Below, one piece after another: positions 13,943-62,083 of a stretch of DNA of 64,000 nucleotides. The notes beneath the pieces were generated by a model, which was not told the DNA's origin, searched no databases, and saw only the letters and a program-made list of their open reading frames with translations. The stretch's first letter is position 1, and each line of letters begins with the position of its first letter. The DNA comes from Hormiphora californensis (taxonomy: Eukaryota > Animalia > Ctenophora). Location of the stretch: the NCBI GenBank assembly GCA_020137815.1, contig CM035354.1, positions 3,782,001 through 3,846,000 of the forward strand, in the 5' to 3' direction. Both the position numbers and the translations under genes were made by a program.

Positions 13943-14540
13943 ATGGAGTTTTAGAACAGACTGTGACAATATTATCATGCTGATATTAATGCTGAAATTA
14001 CTCATTATATTATCATTAAATGTAAGATATATCGCTCACCCCTTCCACACTTATAATACACTGACACAACATGCTGCATTACATACATTTTAGCTTGATT
14101 TAATTGGTCAATTTTAATATTATATTTTATTTATCCAGACAAGTGTAACGAATTAATGTTTAAAAGTTTTATGTTAGTTTTTTGCTTTTGAAAAGTTTAG
14201 TGCAAGCGTGCTGTATGTGTGAGAGCAAGCTCGCTGTCATTGTCAAAATATATGTATCTCATTGTTTTGAATTGTTAGAAATTTCCTTAATCTAAAAAGA
14301 GACCCTTTCCCTTTGTCCTAACATTCTGTGTGTGTGTGTGGGTCCGGAATAGTGCGCCGCTCCGGACATACAATAGAGCGAGATGAGAGAGAGGCTGAGC
14401 TCAGGTCGGGGGTATTGTCCTCAGACCACCGCCCCTCTTCTACCGTTCTGCCCTCTCGTTTTATTATCTCTCTCTCTCTCTCTATGTCTCTCTTTGTGTC
14501 TCTCTCTCTGTCCCTCTCTCCATCTCCCTTTCTCTCTCTT

Positions 14541-14614
<74 letters not shown>

Positions 14615-14897
14615 TATTTAGCGTGACGTTGTCAATAGTACACTCCCTCACTCATCTCTGTGAGGCCGTTGTGCTATGGAATGAGAAATTCTCTCCGAGA
14701 AAGGAGAGGTCAGAGTTATTATTTCCGCAATCTCGATCGATTTCTCTCACAGAATCTGTGTAAAATAATGTGAGCTGCAACTCGGAAGCTTATTAAAATA
14801 TTGAGACCCAGGGGAGTGGATTTGTGTTTGATTATCTTGCACTTCCCTTATTATAGCTGAAGGGTCTGTCGCAGGTAATTATACTGGCGAAGTGACC

Positions 14898-14953
<56 letters not shown>

Positions 14954-15353
14954 AATAAGGAGATATATTCTGACTCCCCTCATCAGTCATCACCAGATGT
15001 ACCCAGCTCCTGTTGCACCCGCCCTTCCTCAGCAGTCATCCCTCCATTGTAGAAGATCAGGCTCGACGTGACGCGCGCAGTCACTCGAACTATAAAAAGC
15101 AAACTATTTTGTGTGCGCGCACTCTGCTTGACATGATTCAGGCATTGCCACACTGCGCCGCGCACCGGCACATCCTGTCGATTGAGTCACTGCACTCGGG
15201 TGAATTCCTGTCTGGCGGCGCCGACCCGATCTGACCGGCGCCAGACAGGTAAATTCTGTTTCAGAAGTAGCTGTAGTGACTGGCTTCCGGATGTGGATGA
15301 GTGAGAGTTTCTGCTGGGATCTCCCACTCTTTCACGGTCATTTGAGTCAGAGT

Positions 15354-15571
15354 ACCGTAAATCCTTATACATATTTTCGCGGAAATTAATTTTCGCGATT
15401 TGGCCTAGACTGGCTTCTAGTGGTCCCTGACAACTTCACCAGCGTACCAGGGGTGACCTAGTCCTTCATCAGCGACTCCTGGTACGCTGGTGAAGTCGTC
15501 AGGGACCACCAGAAGCCAGTCTAGGCCAAATCGCGAAAATTAATTCCCTTGAAAATTAATGGCTTTACAGT
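15354..15571. mobile_element. Palindromic MITE with TA flanks
   Basis: ta-ccgtaaa...tttacag-ta ends; ~70-bp internal arms (aattaattttcgcgatttggcctagactggcttct... / ...agaagccagtctaggccaaatcgcgaaaattaatt). Confidence 0.75.
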
Positions 15572-15782
15572 ATTGGTCGTTATCAGGGTCGGTAAATACA
15601 AAATGGCACCTCTTTAACTCTTCCAGCCAAATAAAATGTAAACGGATGAATTGGTTATGGAAAACAATTTCAAAACCACAAAAACACAAAAAACAGCATC
15701 TGATAGAAAGGGGGGTATTGGACGGCACTCCGTACAACAACTCAAAAAATGGGATTGAAGGACACGTCAGTTTTACAACAAA

Positions 15783-36453
<20,671 letters not shown>

Positions 36454-37509
36454 CTTGTATATATATTTCACAGTGTGAACAAAAAAAGCTACAAAAATCA
36501 GCAAACACTTTAGGGAAAAGAGAGGCATGAAAGTTTCATTGAAAACAGGGAGAAAGAAATAGAGAGATTCATGGAAAGTTATAAAGAGAATTGGTAAGGA
36601 GAATTGGGAAGAAATTGTGACCACAAACAAACGTTAAAAGGCACTTAAACCGAGAAAGAGTCTACACAAAATGTGTGTGTGTGTGTGTGTGCACAAGCGG
36701 GAAGAGCTGTAAAACTCAAGGCGTGTTTTATAGGTTTGTTAAAATATATATCTATCGGCTCTCCGTCTCTCCGTATCGGGATAGTCTTGAGCTCGCGAAC
36801 CGATTACCGCAGATCATTCGGCAGGAAGAGACAGCATACAGTTTATAGAAGTTTGTTGTTACTCAACAAGTCTAGAAATGAGGAGGCGGAGAGAGGGAAC
36901 GATCAGTAACTCTAGTTACCAATCTTATTCTATATCAAGCAGTATGCCATTATGCCTAATGCATAATACAGATCTCAAGTAGCTACGATAATGATTTCAT
37001 TTGTCGAGGGTCGAAAAAGGCAAGATTTCACCACTGCAGTACAGAGTTATAGACAAAGCTGTCGACATGTGTGAAATATTCATAGGTATATCTCACGTAC
37101 ATCCAGGGTTTTCATTATGTGTGTGAACGCTTATCGTATGATAGTTTATTCGTTGCGGCATCTTTCTCTCTCTTTGATCTCTCCCTCACAGACACTCACT
37201 CTTTTCCTTTCTCTCTTTCCATATGTATCTCATTCGTTCTCCGACCGTCAAGCGGTTGTACTGCTGAGTACAAGGACACTCACACAAGGTAAAGAATGAT
37301 CTATTCTATAAAAGGTCCCATTCGTAATAGAGCAACCTAGGCGAAACCTATTATAATGAAGATCCACCTATCTTTATTCTACGAATATGATTCGAGATCT
37401 ATCATTTATCGCTTAAAATCAAGTCACACAACACGTACAGATCGGCGTTTAAAGCTATAATTAAACGCCGATGACCTTTGCCAAAGTGAAGATCAGAACA
37501 AGCAATGAA

Positions 37510-38248
37510 TTTATTTAGTGGTTGCATGGTGCTCCCAGAGAGCAAGTTCACGATGATATACGAGGTAAGCGATATAGTGACAGCTGTACTGCATACCATT
37601 AAAATTAGTTAATTTTCCTCGGAAATCCGAGTTCAAGATGGTTAAGTCATTATGAAACTACCTACACTAGTTCGAATCTTTCGGCAGATTCACCATGGAG
37701 CATTGTTTAACTTTTAAGAAATAGTCTATTTCAAATAGACAAACGTGTAGTATATATGCGATCCTAAACGTATAAAAACTTACATATCCCTTTACTCGGT
37801 AGCTATCCGTGGCTTTGGTTTTCCACCTTTTTATAGCCATAAACACACTCGTCCTGAAGGGGAGAAGTGCGTTAGAAGAAGTCTTAAGTCTTTTTTTCTT
37901 CGTATCAATCATACTATTATTAAAGCAAATAGGGAAATGCCCTGTCCCGTTTTTTTAACCAAATATGGCATTTTGCACGTGCAGGTTTAGAGGTGGAGTA
38001 CTATAGCTGGAGTTGGGCCAGGGGTGGGAGCCGTTGCCAAGGATTGTTACTAATCTACTGCAGCTGCACGTGCAGCTGTTCTTGCGTTGTTTTTGTGTCA
38101 CTGTTCCAGCTATTATGCTCTCTTCAACAACCGTTGATATACGATTACGAAAGCGACAATTGGAGATCTCACCGCCATTCTCTACTTTTCCATACACTGA
38201 GGGGTTTAAATACAGCAACACCAAGAGAACTGAGAAGTGCAGAGACAA
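37510..38248 (-). CDS. Putative small secreted Cys-containing protein of unknown family
   Basis: Signal-peptide-like MSLHFSVLLVLLYLNPSVYG and a CTCSC motif. The same frame continues after one TAA (37955-37957) to a gtaagt donor at ~37783, with a plausible last exon YSCHYIAYLVYHRELALWEHHATTK* at ~37590-37510. Confidence 0.4.
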
Positions 38249-38495
38249 CGAAAAAGACGTTGAAGGTCAGACAGAACCGGTGATCAATCCCAGATGAATA
38301 CTGCAAACAGATGAAACGCGAGGAGTTCTAAAACTCGCAGCGATCCCGCCTGAGCTCCTTTTACGGTACGGTGCATGTCAACAGTTCGACTGGTGATGTC
38401 AGTGTTCCCTAATCCAGCTACCATTTCCCAGAAATTCGCCCGAAGGGCGAACGGGTTTACTAGTGGTGATAAATAACTCACTGTAATGATTATCA

Positions 38496-38630
38496 ATATC
38501 AGTGAGGAAGTTTAGTTTTCTCCTTCCGGCTGGACAAAATGAGTAGACGGGGTTTTTATTGTAGAAGAACGCAAACCCCGTCTACTCATTTGTCCAGCCG
38601 GAAGGAGAAAACTAAACTTCCTCACTGATA
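38496..38630. mobile_element. Hairpin MITE with ~59-bp near-perfect arms
   Basis: atatcagtgaggaagtttagttttctccttccggctggac...aaaccccgtctactcatttgtccagccggaaggagaaaactaaacttcctcactgatat. Confidence 0.8.
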
Positions 38631-40350
38631 TGCGGCTAATAAACAATCAACCGATCTTTATTCTCTGTCGATTATCAATATTAATCAAGAGTCTGAAATA
38701 CTTCAATGTGGAAGATTAACCTTCGTGATTTTTGTGCTCCAAGGTGCTCAAACAACTTTACAACAAAGCGTCAAAGCAATGTACTCAATGTACTAAATCA
38801 TAAATGGTTCTGAGGATTTGAAACAGTAAACTTACCTACTGTTCTATACTTAACCGAGAGATAAAACCACAACCCACATTGAATCAGAAACATTGAAACA
38901 TTGAAACATCAAACAGTTCATCTTTACCCTACCTATTAGGCAATTTCTGAGGAACATACTTGCTCGCGATCGTGGTTGATCGATGGATTTCGGAGAGGCA
39001 TTTCTTTTCCTGAAAGTAACATTTTTCCTTTCCATTTTCCTGATCATCATCGAACATCTGCCCCTTCCTGCCTTTCCTGGTTGAAATGAGGAAGACTACT
39101 TTAGACGAAGCTCAACAACAAAATAAAAGTAATGTAGTAAGAAAGCTCAAAGCTGCTGCAGTGATCTCTATCGAGAAATCAGACATGCTCATTGATAAAT
39201 AATTGTGCCACGGACATCGCAAAATTATTAAATTATTAAAATGCATGAGAATCATGCATAATACGATATATTTAGATAATAATAATTGGAAGAGAAGCAG
39301 TAATCTTTAATGACTAAATTTAATGCTCTAAAGATCACACGGCTTTCCGGTACCTAGACTTAGAGCAAACGCCCAGTCTTCGCCGCATTTTTCAATAAGA
39401 ACAGATCAAGAGGCATCATTTGCCCATGACTATCGTCGACAAGCGGGTCAGGGCTGCAGCACTAGGACTGATTGATCAGACCAATTACCACTGTGTGTAC
39501 GTGTGTGTACAGTTGTATTAGTTCTGTAATTTGTAAAAAAAGAAAGAAGAAATGACTTTTGAGTGACCACATGATATTGATAGTAAATATCGGAGATTTC
39601 ATCATGCGGAGCATTCATGAACCAACGAGCGGCCAGTATATTGTAGGTCAAGCTATATATATATATAATAAAGCCACAAATGACAAAACATTTACAACTC
39701 TATTTGTTATGTAAAATATGCATGTGCACAAAAGACCAAATGAACGTACGCTTGCATAAATATATACATAAAGCCTGCAATTGACCGAACTAAAGAATTT
39801 TGAAGTGTTCCTTTTGTTTCTTAATTATCTACTTTCTAGTACTTTCTAGTACTCCAGCGTCCGAATCAGCATTTCCGGGTTTGCACTCAGCAGCATGAGT
39901 TCTTTAAAAAACCTTAAAGACAAAAGCTATAGATACTAGAGAAAAGCTCGATAGACAATAACATCAAGTTCTGCCTCCTAAAAGTTTATCTGATGTCACA
40001 GTAGTGTGGTAATGATCTGCTGATGAGACTACCACACAAGGATTGTATCTCTATGGCAATTATGTACTAACTGGTAAACCCTACCGTGCTAGGAACAGCT
40101 GATAGGGAGGGGATCTGCTTAAATTTCAAGAAAAAGTACTTTCGATTTAATAGCTTATCAGCTCTCTGTTATATAGAGTTCTACTATAAATGTGCAATAT
40201 AAGCGGTAATGAATCTGTTAGATACAAAGCTCTTGTGAGAGTCAACCAGCTCAGGCGCAGTAATGCCTCGTTATTAGTATCACCGAGTCAACAAAAGGAC
40301 AAGAAGTTTGGCATACATAAAAGACACGGGCACTCTAGCACGTGGAAATA

Positions 40351-40448
<98 letters not shown>

Positions 40449-40478
40449 CAAAGAGAGAGAGAGAGAGAGAGAGAGATA

Positions 40479-40519
<41 letters not shown>

Positions 40520-41138
40520 GGAGAGAATGAGAGAGAGAATGAGAGAGAGAATGAGAGAGAGAGAGAGAGATACAAAGAGAGGGAGAGAGATACAAAGAGA
40601 GGGAGAGAGATACAAAGACTAAGAGAGGGATCAGACGCTGAGGGAGACAGACAGACAGAAATCGATGCATATTATTTGTAAAGGTTTTATACAGCTATCT
40701 ATAATGGCCAATTGTTAAAGTCATCTGCAGTAACGACAGGCAGATAGGTGTGGTGTAAGACGTGTGTAAAACACACACACAGACACACGAAATAACGATA
40801 AAGTGTTTATTGTTTAAGTACAATCTCGATATATAGAAGATCTCGATATAGAAGATCTAATGATGATGATATTTTGAAAGTGAACTCACTATCACCGTCA
40901 TATCATACTCAGCTGAAGCTTTAACTGTACTTGTAGCAGACTTGGTACTGGTAGAGCAGAAAAAGCACGCAGAAACTGCAAAATACCCTTTCGTCACCTT
41001 GTGGCGATTGCCATATACATGCAAGGGTAGCTTTAAGTTCATAGATTTAGCAGGCAGGTGTAATATTGGATCACTGTGCTGCACAGTGCACAGTATTTTA
41101 CACTTCTAATGGCTATTGCACCATTCCGGTAAATTGTA

Positions 41139-41456
41139 TAGGGTAGCGACTGGCTATTTGAAATGGCAGCTTATTTGAAACACCCCTTCGCCAGTCGCTA
41201 GAAGGCCTTCTACTGCAGGCCAGCAGGTGCGCCAGATTTGGATATTCAGACATCAATGGGCTTGCGTTTTGACTAAACCACTGAATGTCAGAGCATTTGC
41301 CTGACCCATTCTCGTTTCGGGGCGTGCGAGAACTGTGGTCAGAGCATTGGCCTGACAGCCCGCTGAAGTCTAAAAATCCAATTCTGGTGCACCTGCTGGC
41401 CTGTAGAGGGAGTGTTTCAAATTAGCCGCCATTTCAAATAGCCAATCACTACCCTA
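41139..41456. mobile_element. MITE with long imperfect TIRs
   Basis: tagggtagcgactggctatttgaaatggc / gccatttcaaatagccaatcactacccta, plus inner IR caggccagcaggtgc / gcacctgctggcctg. Confidence 0.8.
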
Positions 41457-41638
41457 CTTATAGCAATACAACAGTGTATACAACAGACAAGTTTTCTTTA
41501 AAAAGGGGCAATTAGTGATAGTTTCGAGTTGATGGCATTCACACGATCAGGGTATCATCAGTGGTTGCACAAAATCACTGGGTGCTATCACAGCTCATGA
41601 CGTCATAAAGACGTCATATCAGCTAGAATGCATCTTAC

Positions 41639-41838
41639 CCTGTCACGGCGTCCTGGGCCTTCGTCAAGATGCTCGTCTTCTTGTTCTCATTGAGACGGTA
41701 GTGATTTCCAAAATCGAAGAAACTCTGCTCCGATTTGTTGGTCCCCTTCCAGGAATCACCTCCACCAAAGCCCGTGGTCCCAAACCCGGCTCCGAATCCG
41801 GGCTTGTTCAAGAACATCTTGTGTATGGGAGAGGTCAT
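41639..41838 (-). CDS. Isolated first coding exon, candidate alternative N-terminus of the MCTP-like gene
   Basis: ATG-initiated MTSPIHKMFLNKPGFGAGFG...KAQDAVTG ending at GG|gtaag (phase 2), compatible with the phase-2 acceptor at 33786. Confidence 0.45.
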
Positions 41839-42181
41839 TTTGAGAGAGACGGCCAGGAGAACAATTCAAACAATGATCAATATATCCAAGCATCTCTCTC
41901 TCTCTCTCTCTCTGAAGGAGAGCACGTTCGAGATGGGATAACTGGCCAGTTATCTTTTAGTGAGGGGTTGTGTTTACTTACTGAATCATTTAGCATAATG
42001 AAGAGATATACTAGATGCTTCTCTGAAACTGCAATTGAGAACACACAGAAAACGCACACCAGAAAAAGAGAAAATATATAGCGGATGAGCCAACGTACAA
42101 TCTGAAGATCTGTCTACTTCTTAAAGAGCCTGTTGCTTGTATAGAGTCGCCCTAGTTAACTAGAGAGAGAGATAAGTAGAG

Positions 42182-42254
<73 letters not shown>

Positions 42255-42715
42255 GAGACAGAGAGGTCACATTAGCCAATCGTACAACTGGCTCTGATCT
42301 CTCTCTCTCGTTTTCTTCTCTTTTGAGACTTATAAATTTTAGTTCTACACCGTTCCCATTCTCAAAATATCTCTCTTTCTGCTCCTTTATCGATCATCTC
42401 TTACTTTTTCCTAGAATCAAACTTTGGCGACTAATATAATGTCTCTATGTTCTCTGCAACTATTTCCTATTTCAAATCAAACCAGACGTTTGGCGCCACA
42501 TACTATTTATGGACGATGGTCACGAATGATCTTCGTGACTTCAAGGACCATTATCAAACATTGATGCACCTCTATCTTTGAGTCATGGACAATGCATTAT
42601 TATATGACCATTGATCCACTGATCGAGATCCGGTACTGATGATATCATTCGATAACAATTTGTGGGCCGTGACGTGTATGTGACTGGTGATCAGCATAAG
42701 AAGAATAGCAACAAT

Positions 42716-42842
42716 CAGGAAACGAACGGAATGTTTAATCATTTTCTATGCTCTTTTCAAGCTTAGTCCTGAATTATGGTACTGGTCAAACAATTAAATT
42801 TTCAGCTTCTGGTAAAAAATCAATCCTTCCGTTCGTTTCCTG
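42716..42842. mobile_element. hAT-type MITE
   Basis: TIR caggaaacgaacggaa / ttccgttcgtttcctg; imperfect 8-bp TSD gcaacaat/ggtacaat. Confidence 0.7.
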
Positions 42843-44771
42843 GGTACAATATCACAGTAAACTTACCGTCGCTTGACACTGTGTCTCGCGCTAAAACATA
42901 GTTTGAGCAATATAATTCACCTTACCTGCATTGGGGAAACACAAAACTACAGAATTCAATGTAACGCGTATCTGGAGTTCTTCAACCGCGAGCTGCCATA
43001 ACAAACATTAGGGTAAAAGTGAAAGCGACACTACTGAAAAAAGTTAAGGACACATACGTACTGCATACATGACGTACAACGGAAGGGAAGTTCGGCTAAT
43101 TATAATATTCTACAAACTACCAAGAAACTTATTAATTGGCAGCCTGCCGCACAATAACTAGAACAATACTGTTAATTGAAAGGGCAAATGTTACATAATT
43201 AATTTTACCACAACAATAATAAAATAATATATAGATTATGTATTTAAGCCAGAGAGGGATATATTTTCAGGATTTAGTATAGTTGAATGAATAGGACTGA
43301 ATAGGAAAGACTTTCGGAAAGACTACCGTCGTAATTTGTTGACACCTAGGTGTCAATGACTCAATGACCTGTAGGGTAAATTAGATTTACTTCGATGGTA
43401 AAATCTCATTGGAGTAAACTTTTTGGCCTACCAAGTACCCACCCCCTCGGGTCATTTAAAAATTTTCACGGAAAGATGGACAAAGTATAAAGTACAAACA
43501 TTATTTCCATCGGTCGTTTACTAAAGCTATGTGCTTGATCAGACGTTTGAAGCACCAATTAGTGGTCTCGTAAAGGCAAGAATGAACAATGATCATGATG
43601 CTGTGCAATCAATAACTGATAGAACACAGACTGAAATCAATAAATTATATATCCAATCCTGAATCCGTCGAAGATGATCGTTTAAATGTCAACAGACCGG
43701 CAACCTACCCGGACAGGCCGGACAACTAGCGTAAAAATAGAGATTTAAATGTGAGAGGGAAGACGATTTAAAGTTCATAGTCCGGACAGAGATAGAGAAG
43801 AGCGATAGAAAGTAAGAGACACTGTGAAAGGGATGGGGAGAGAGAGCTAGAGAGAACCTGTAATAGGTGTAGAGATAGATGGCTCAATAGAGAACACATT
43901 ATTGGAGATCGTAGAATAGTATGGATCGAAAAATAAACCACACAAATCGGTACGTCTTGCATAGCACGTTTTCTACACACTGTTTCCCGTCACATACAAA
44001 CAGACAGTATATATAGCCTATATACAGTTCCGATTGTAACCACAAGAGGCTGTATAACAGTAGTCCGGTCTCTAGTTACTAGAGAGAGATGGACAGACAT
44101 CTTGACAGACATCAAAAGAGGTAGATAACTGGAGAGAACGTTTAACTCCCAGTTGAAGCCGTTAACATCTTGAACAAGGCACGTGTGCATCTCTCAAGTA
44201 GGTAGCGGAGGGAGAGAGAGAAAGAAAGAGAGAGAAAGATCATGTGCAAAAGTAAGTGAGAGTAAAACCAATCGGTAAATTAAGAGAACATTAGCTATGA
44301 TCACTGCAGATGAGCTTAGTTCAGAACCTCTTTAAGGCAAAGCGCTAGCTATATATAAGTGTGAACGAGAATATTAGAAATCATTCTCTCTATAAGCGAT
44401 CAGAAAAAACGATCATTCTTATTCTTCTTCTTCTTCTTCTTCTTGCTCTTCTAAAGTGTTATGGTAAAACCCACAAGGAATTTATAACTATAGATAAAAG
44501 CGATTTTGCCCGCATTGTTGGATAACGTGAATATAAGGCAGCATGGTGTACTTACAAGAGTGACACGATAGAACTTCTCCTACTAGAAGTAGGTGTTATA
44601 CTCCGTTGGAGGTGATCATCATTATCCAGATTAGCCATGACTGGATCACCAATACTCGCCCCGGCCGACAAAATATAATATTGGGACGTTTACAGAAAGG
44701 ATGGGAGCCACACACACACACTTGAGGGGATCAGAGATTGTACACGTCACAAGTATATAGTCTTCCATTCA

Positions 44772-44866
<95 letters not shown>

Positions 44867-46139
44867 TGGTTAGCGGCCGATCCATGTAATCAGTCGCTTC
44901 ATCAATCACAGCACCCTCTCTCCGTCTATATAGCACCCCACTGCACTGCACAGAGCGACAGAGATGGCTGTGGAGATGAACTACAATAGGCACAACACGC
45001 TCAATATAGTCATGAGTTTATAGATCTAGTGATCATGATGGAGATATAATAGTGCCCCAGCTATATTAGAGATCATCTGGTATATATATATTGGGGCAAA
45101 GAAGGGCCATTAAATATGGACTAGGGATAACCATTTTAATAAGCCCCTAAATAAATCATGAGCCAGTCTTAAATACTGGTAAAGGACCTCAAGAGATCCG
45201 CAGAAGAGCACCACAAGACTTGGTTTATTTTATTTTCTCCCTAATATCTCGGTCTAAGTATATATCTTCTCTTTTTCATGTCCAGTTCTTTTTGCTTCTT
45301 CCCAATTTCCCCCTGTATATTTAGTAAATCGTTTTGTTAATCTTCGCTCTCATTCTTATGTTTAACTTTGAGAGCAATTAAGAAGGAGGAGAGACAATGT
45401 GGGGTTGATCCAAGGGTTTACATCTGGAAAAGAAGGGAAAAAATATTAACTCAAGCTTCATTTATACTAGAAGGAGGGTTTTCCTCACAGATCATTTTCC
45501 TGTTGAACTCCTCGCACACGGTGTGTACCTGCATGCCACACTGGCATACATTTGCTGAGTAAGGGGTGGACTCAACAAGTATACATGTGGTCCGTCGAGG
45601 AGAGCTCCAGTCGTGTAATGGCACAGTTGTAGACCTAGCTATATCTAGCAGCTAGGACATTATGATATTAAATGCAGTAGTCAGTGCAACAACTAGCCAC
45701 TCAACTAAGATAGCTATTGAACTGCTTTAGTCTATGTCTATGCAAACAGATCGTCAAATCATTTGGATCGACCACATGGTTATCTAATTGATGCAATACT
45801 CCATAAGATGATTTATAGTTGAAGGAATCGTTCATTCTGTTTCGCGTTCCAGTTATGATACTGTTTCAATAATTTTTAGGAGTTTGAAATTACTTTGGTC
45901 TTATATTTTTAAGACATATTATACGACTTTTTCTTTCTCTTTCTATCCCTTCTTTCTAGATCTCTCCCTCTGCTTCTCTCTGTCGCCAGTAGGTCGGATC
46001 TCTATTTCTGTTTATCTGCAATACCCAAAGAGTCTTTCCTAGAGAAAGAGAGATGGTCGATTAGTGGTCACAGTAGCGAGCTCTAGATGTCCGAGACCTC
46101 TGACCTCTGTGAGATTTCTTAGGGAAAGAAAATAGAAGA

Positions 46140-47230
46140 ATGACCAGAGAGGATATATAAAAAAAAAAAGGGGGGGAAAAGAGAACCCGGGGGGGGAAAA
46201 GGAGGAAAGGGGGGGGGAGGAAAAAAAGGGGTTTTCCCCCTCTCTCCCCTTTCCCCTTTCTCTCCCTTCTTCCCCCCTCTTCCGCCCTTTCCTTTTCCCC
46301 TTTCTTCCCCTTCTTTTTTTTTCCCCCTTTTCCTCCTTCTCCCTTTTCCCTTCCCCCTTTTCCCTTTTTTGTTTCCTTTCTTCCCCTTTCCCCCCCTTTT
46401 TGCCCCCCCCCTTTTGGTTTTTTTTTTTTTTTTTCCTTCCCCGAAAAGGGGGGGGCAAAAAGGGGGCCCCACCCCCTTTTGGGGGAGGGGGGATTTTTTT
46501 TTTACAATGGGAAATTCTGTTTAAAAATTTTTTTTTTTTTAGTTTTTTTTTTTAAGTGCCACAAAATCCTTTCATACCTATCATTTTTGTCTATCGTTAA
46601 CATTTTTACCCCACTCATTGTACGATATACCAGTCCTCACCACGTCTTTAGCCTCACTTTCTTTTTTCTCTAGAACCCCTCAATCAATTTCTATGAGCCG
46701 GGTTTTTCTAGCCGAGTTTAGGGGCACCCCTAAAGCCCTTTCATGTGCCCCTTGTTTCCCCCAAAAAAAAATATATTTTTTTTCTCTTTTTTTTTTTTTT
46801 TTCTTATTTTTTCCTTTTCCCCTTTTCCTCTTTTTTTTTTTTTTCGCTAAATTTTTTTTTAAAGGAGCTCGTATGGAAGTAATTTAAAAAAAGGGCATCG
46901 ATTTATGTGGTCGGGGGAATAACCCCTTTGCCCTTTTGCTTAACTACTCTGATTGATCGTACTAAAAAAGCAAAAAAGAAAAAGGGCGGAAGACGAGAGT
47001 AAGGGGGTGAAAATGAGATGAATAAAGAGGGTATAAAATAAAAAAGGGAAAAAAATAAAAATAGAAAAAAAAAAAAACGGAAGAAAAGGGGGGGGGGGGA
47101 AAAAAACAATTTTTTGAGAAGGAAATAAGGGGGGGGGAAAGCGGGGGGGGGGTTTTTTTTTTTTGGGGGTTTAAACCCTTTGAACGCAGAGTCCCTTGGG
47201 AATACGTCCAAATTAAAATAAAAAACATTT
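46140..47230. other. Homopolymer-inflated low-quality sequence, probable read/assembly artefact (similar at 1-900)
   Basis: Abrupt excess of long A/T/G/C runs unlike the flanks. Confidence 0.7.
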
Positions 47231-47430
47231 AGGGAAATCTAAAGGCCTCCTCCTTCTCTAAACTAATACTTCAGTCCTGTGTTCTAGTTCCCCCCCCCCC
47301 CCCTCTCTCTCCCCCCCCTCTTCTTTTCTCTCACTCTCCCCCTCCTCTCTCTCTTCCTCATCCATTATTTTTTTCCCCCTTTTCTTTCCCAATTACCTTT
47401 TTTCTTTTCGTTTCTCTTATACAGTCTCAT

Positions 47431-47503
<73 letters not shown>

Positions 47504-47539
47504 TCTCTCTCTGTCTTTCTCTCTGTCTTTCTCTCTGTC

Positions 47540-47594
<55 letters not shown>

Positions 47595-48377
47595 ACTCAC
47601 TCTCTCTCTCTTCCTCACTATCTCTCTCAGTACTCTCTCCCGTCCAATAAGCCATTCTTACAATCTGTACGACTTTGAGAAAGCTATTTATAAATCATCT
47701 CTGTATTATGCTCAGCTATAATAGCGTGGTCACGCTCCCCTAATTTCCTTGAATTACCACGACCATCTTTAGAAGCGTGTTTTCATATAATTCGCTTGGT
47801 TTTGTTTAAAAGGATTCTTCCTCAATAGTCAATACCATATATGCCAAGCCTAGAATAGCATACTCTCTCCTTAGATGTCATATTCCTGTCGTTGTCCCTT
47901 TTCTTCAACAAACATCTGCTCTCCAAGTACACTGTTATACTAGCTCTCTCTCCTTTTCCATCCCTCTCTCCCTTTCCATCCCTCTCTCTCTCTCTCTCGC
48001 TCCCTAACTAAGCTTTATGAGTGAAGTTTTATACTTGATACACGCAAACGATAATCTTCAGCTCTATCCGTGTACACTCTTTCTGCAGCCACTTGTGTGC
48101 TCGTGCTCTCTCGCTTATATCTCTCTACCCGCTTTAAATATAAATAGGGCAACGCATAGTTTTAGAAAATATATTAACGCTTGTTTTGTTTGTGTAAACA
48201 TATTGAAAACCTACAAAAACACTAAAAACTATACAACTTTATTTACATTCCAGGGCTGTTAAGCACCGCTTGTGAGTGCACGGACTGCTTCAATCTTGAA
48301 TTTTAAACATTGTCTGAATTGCTTAACATTGTCTGATTCATTGTGAACACTCCTTATTATATCTCTTTTTCTGTTGT

Positions 48378-62014
<13,637 letters not shown>

Positions 62015-62083
62015 CTAGCACTTTAGTGGTGAGTTTAGAACACAATGCAACCCCAAATACACGTGAGTCATGCAGCACTAGAT

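Noticed and set aside
38496-38630. Hairpin as a pre-miRNA
   Set aside because: TA-flanked, near-perfect arms extending to the ends are typical of a MITE, and there is no expression evidence.
46039-47228. Lys/Gly/Phe-rich ORFs
   Set aside because: They arise from homopolymer-inflated low-quality sequence.
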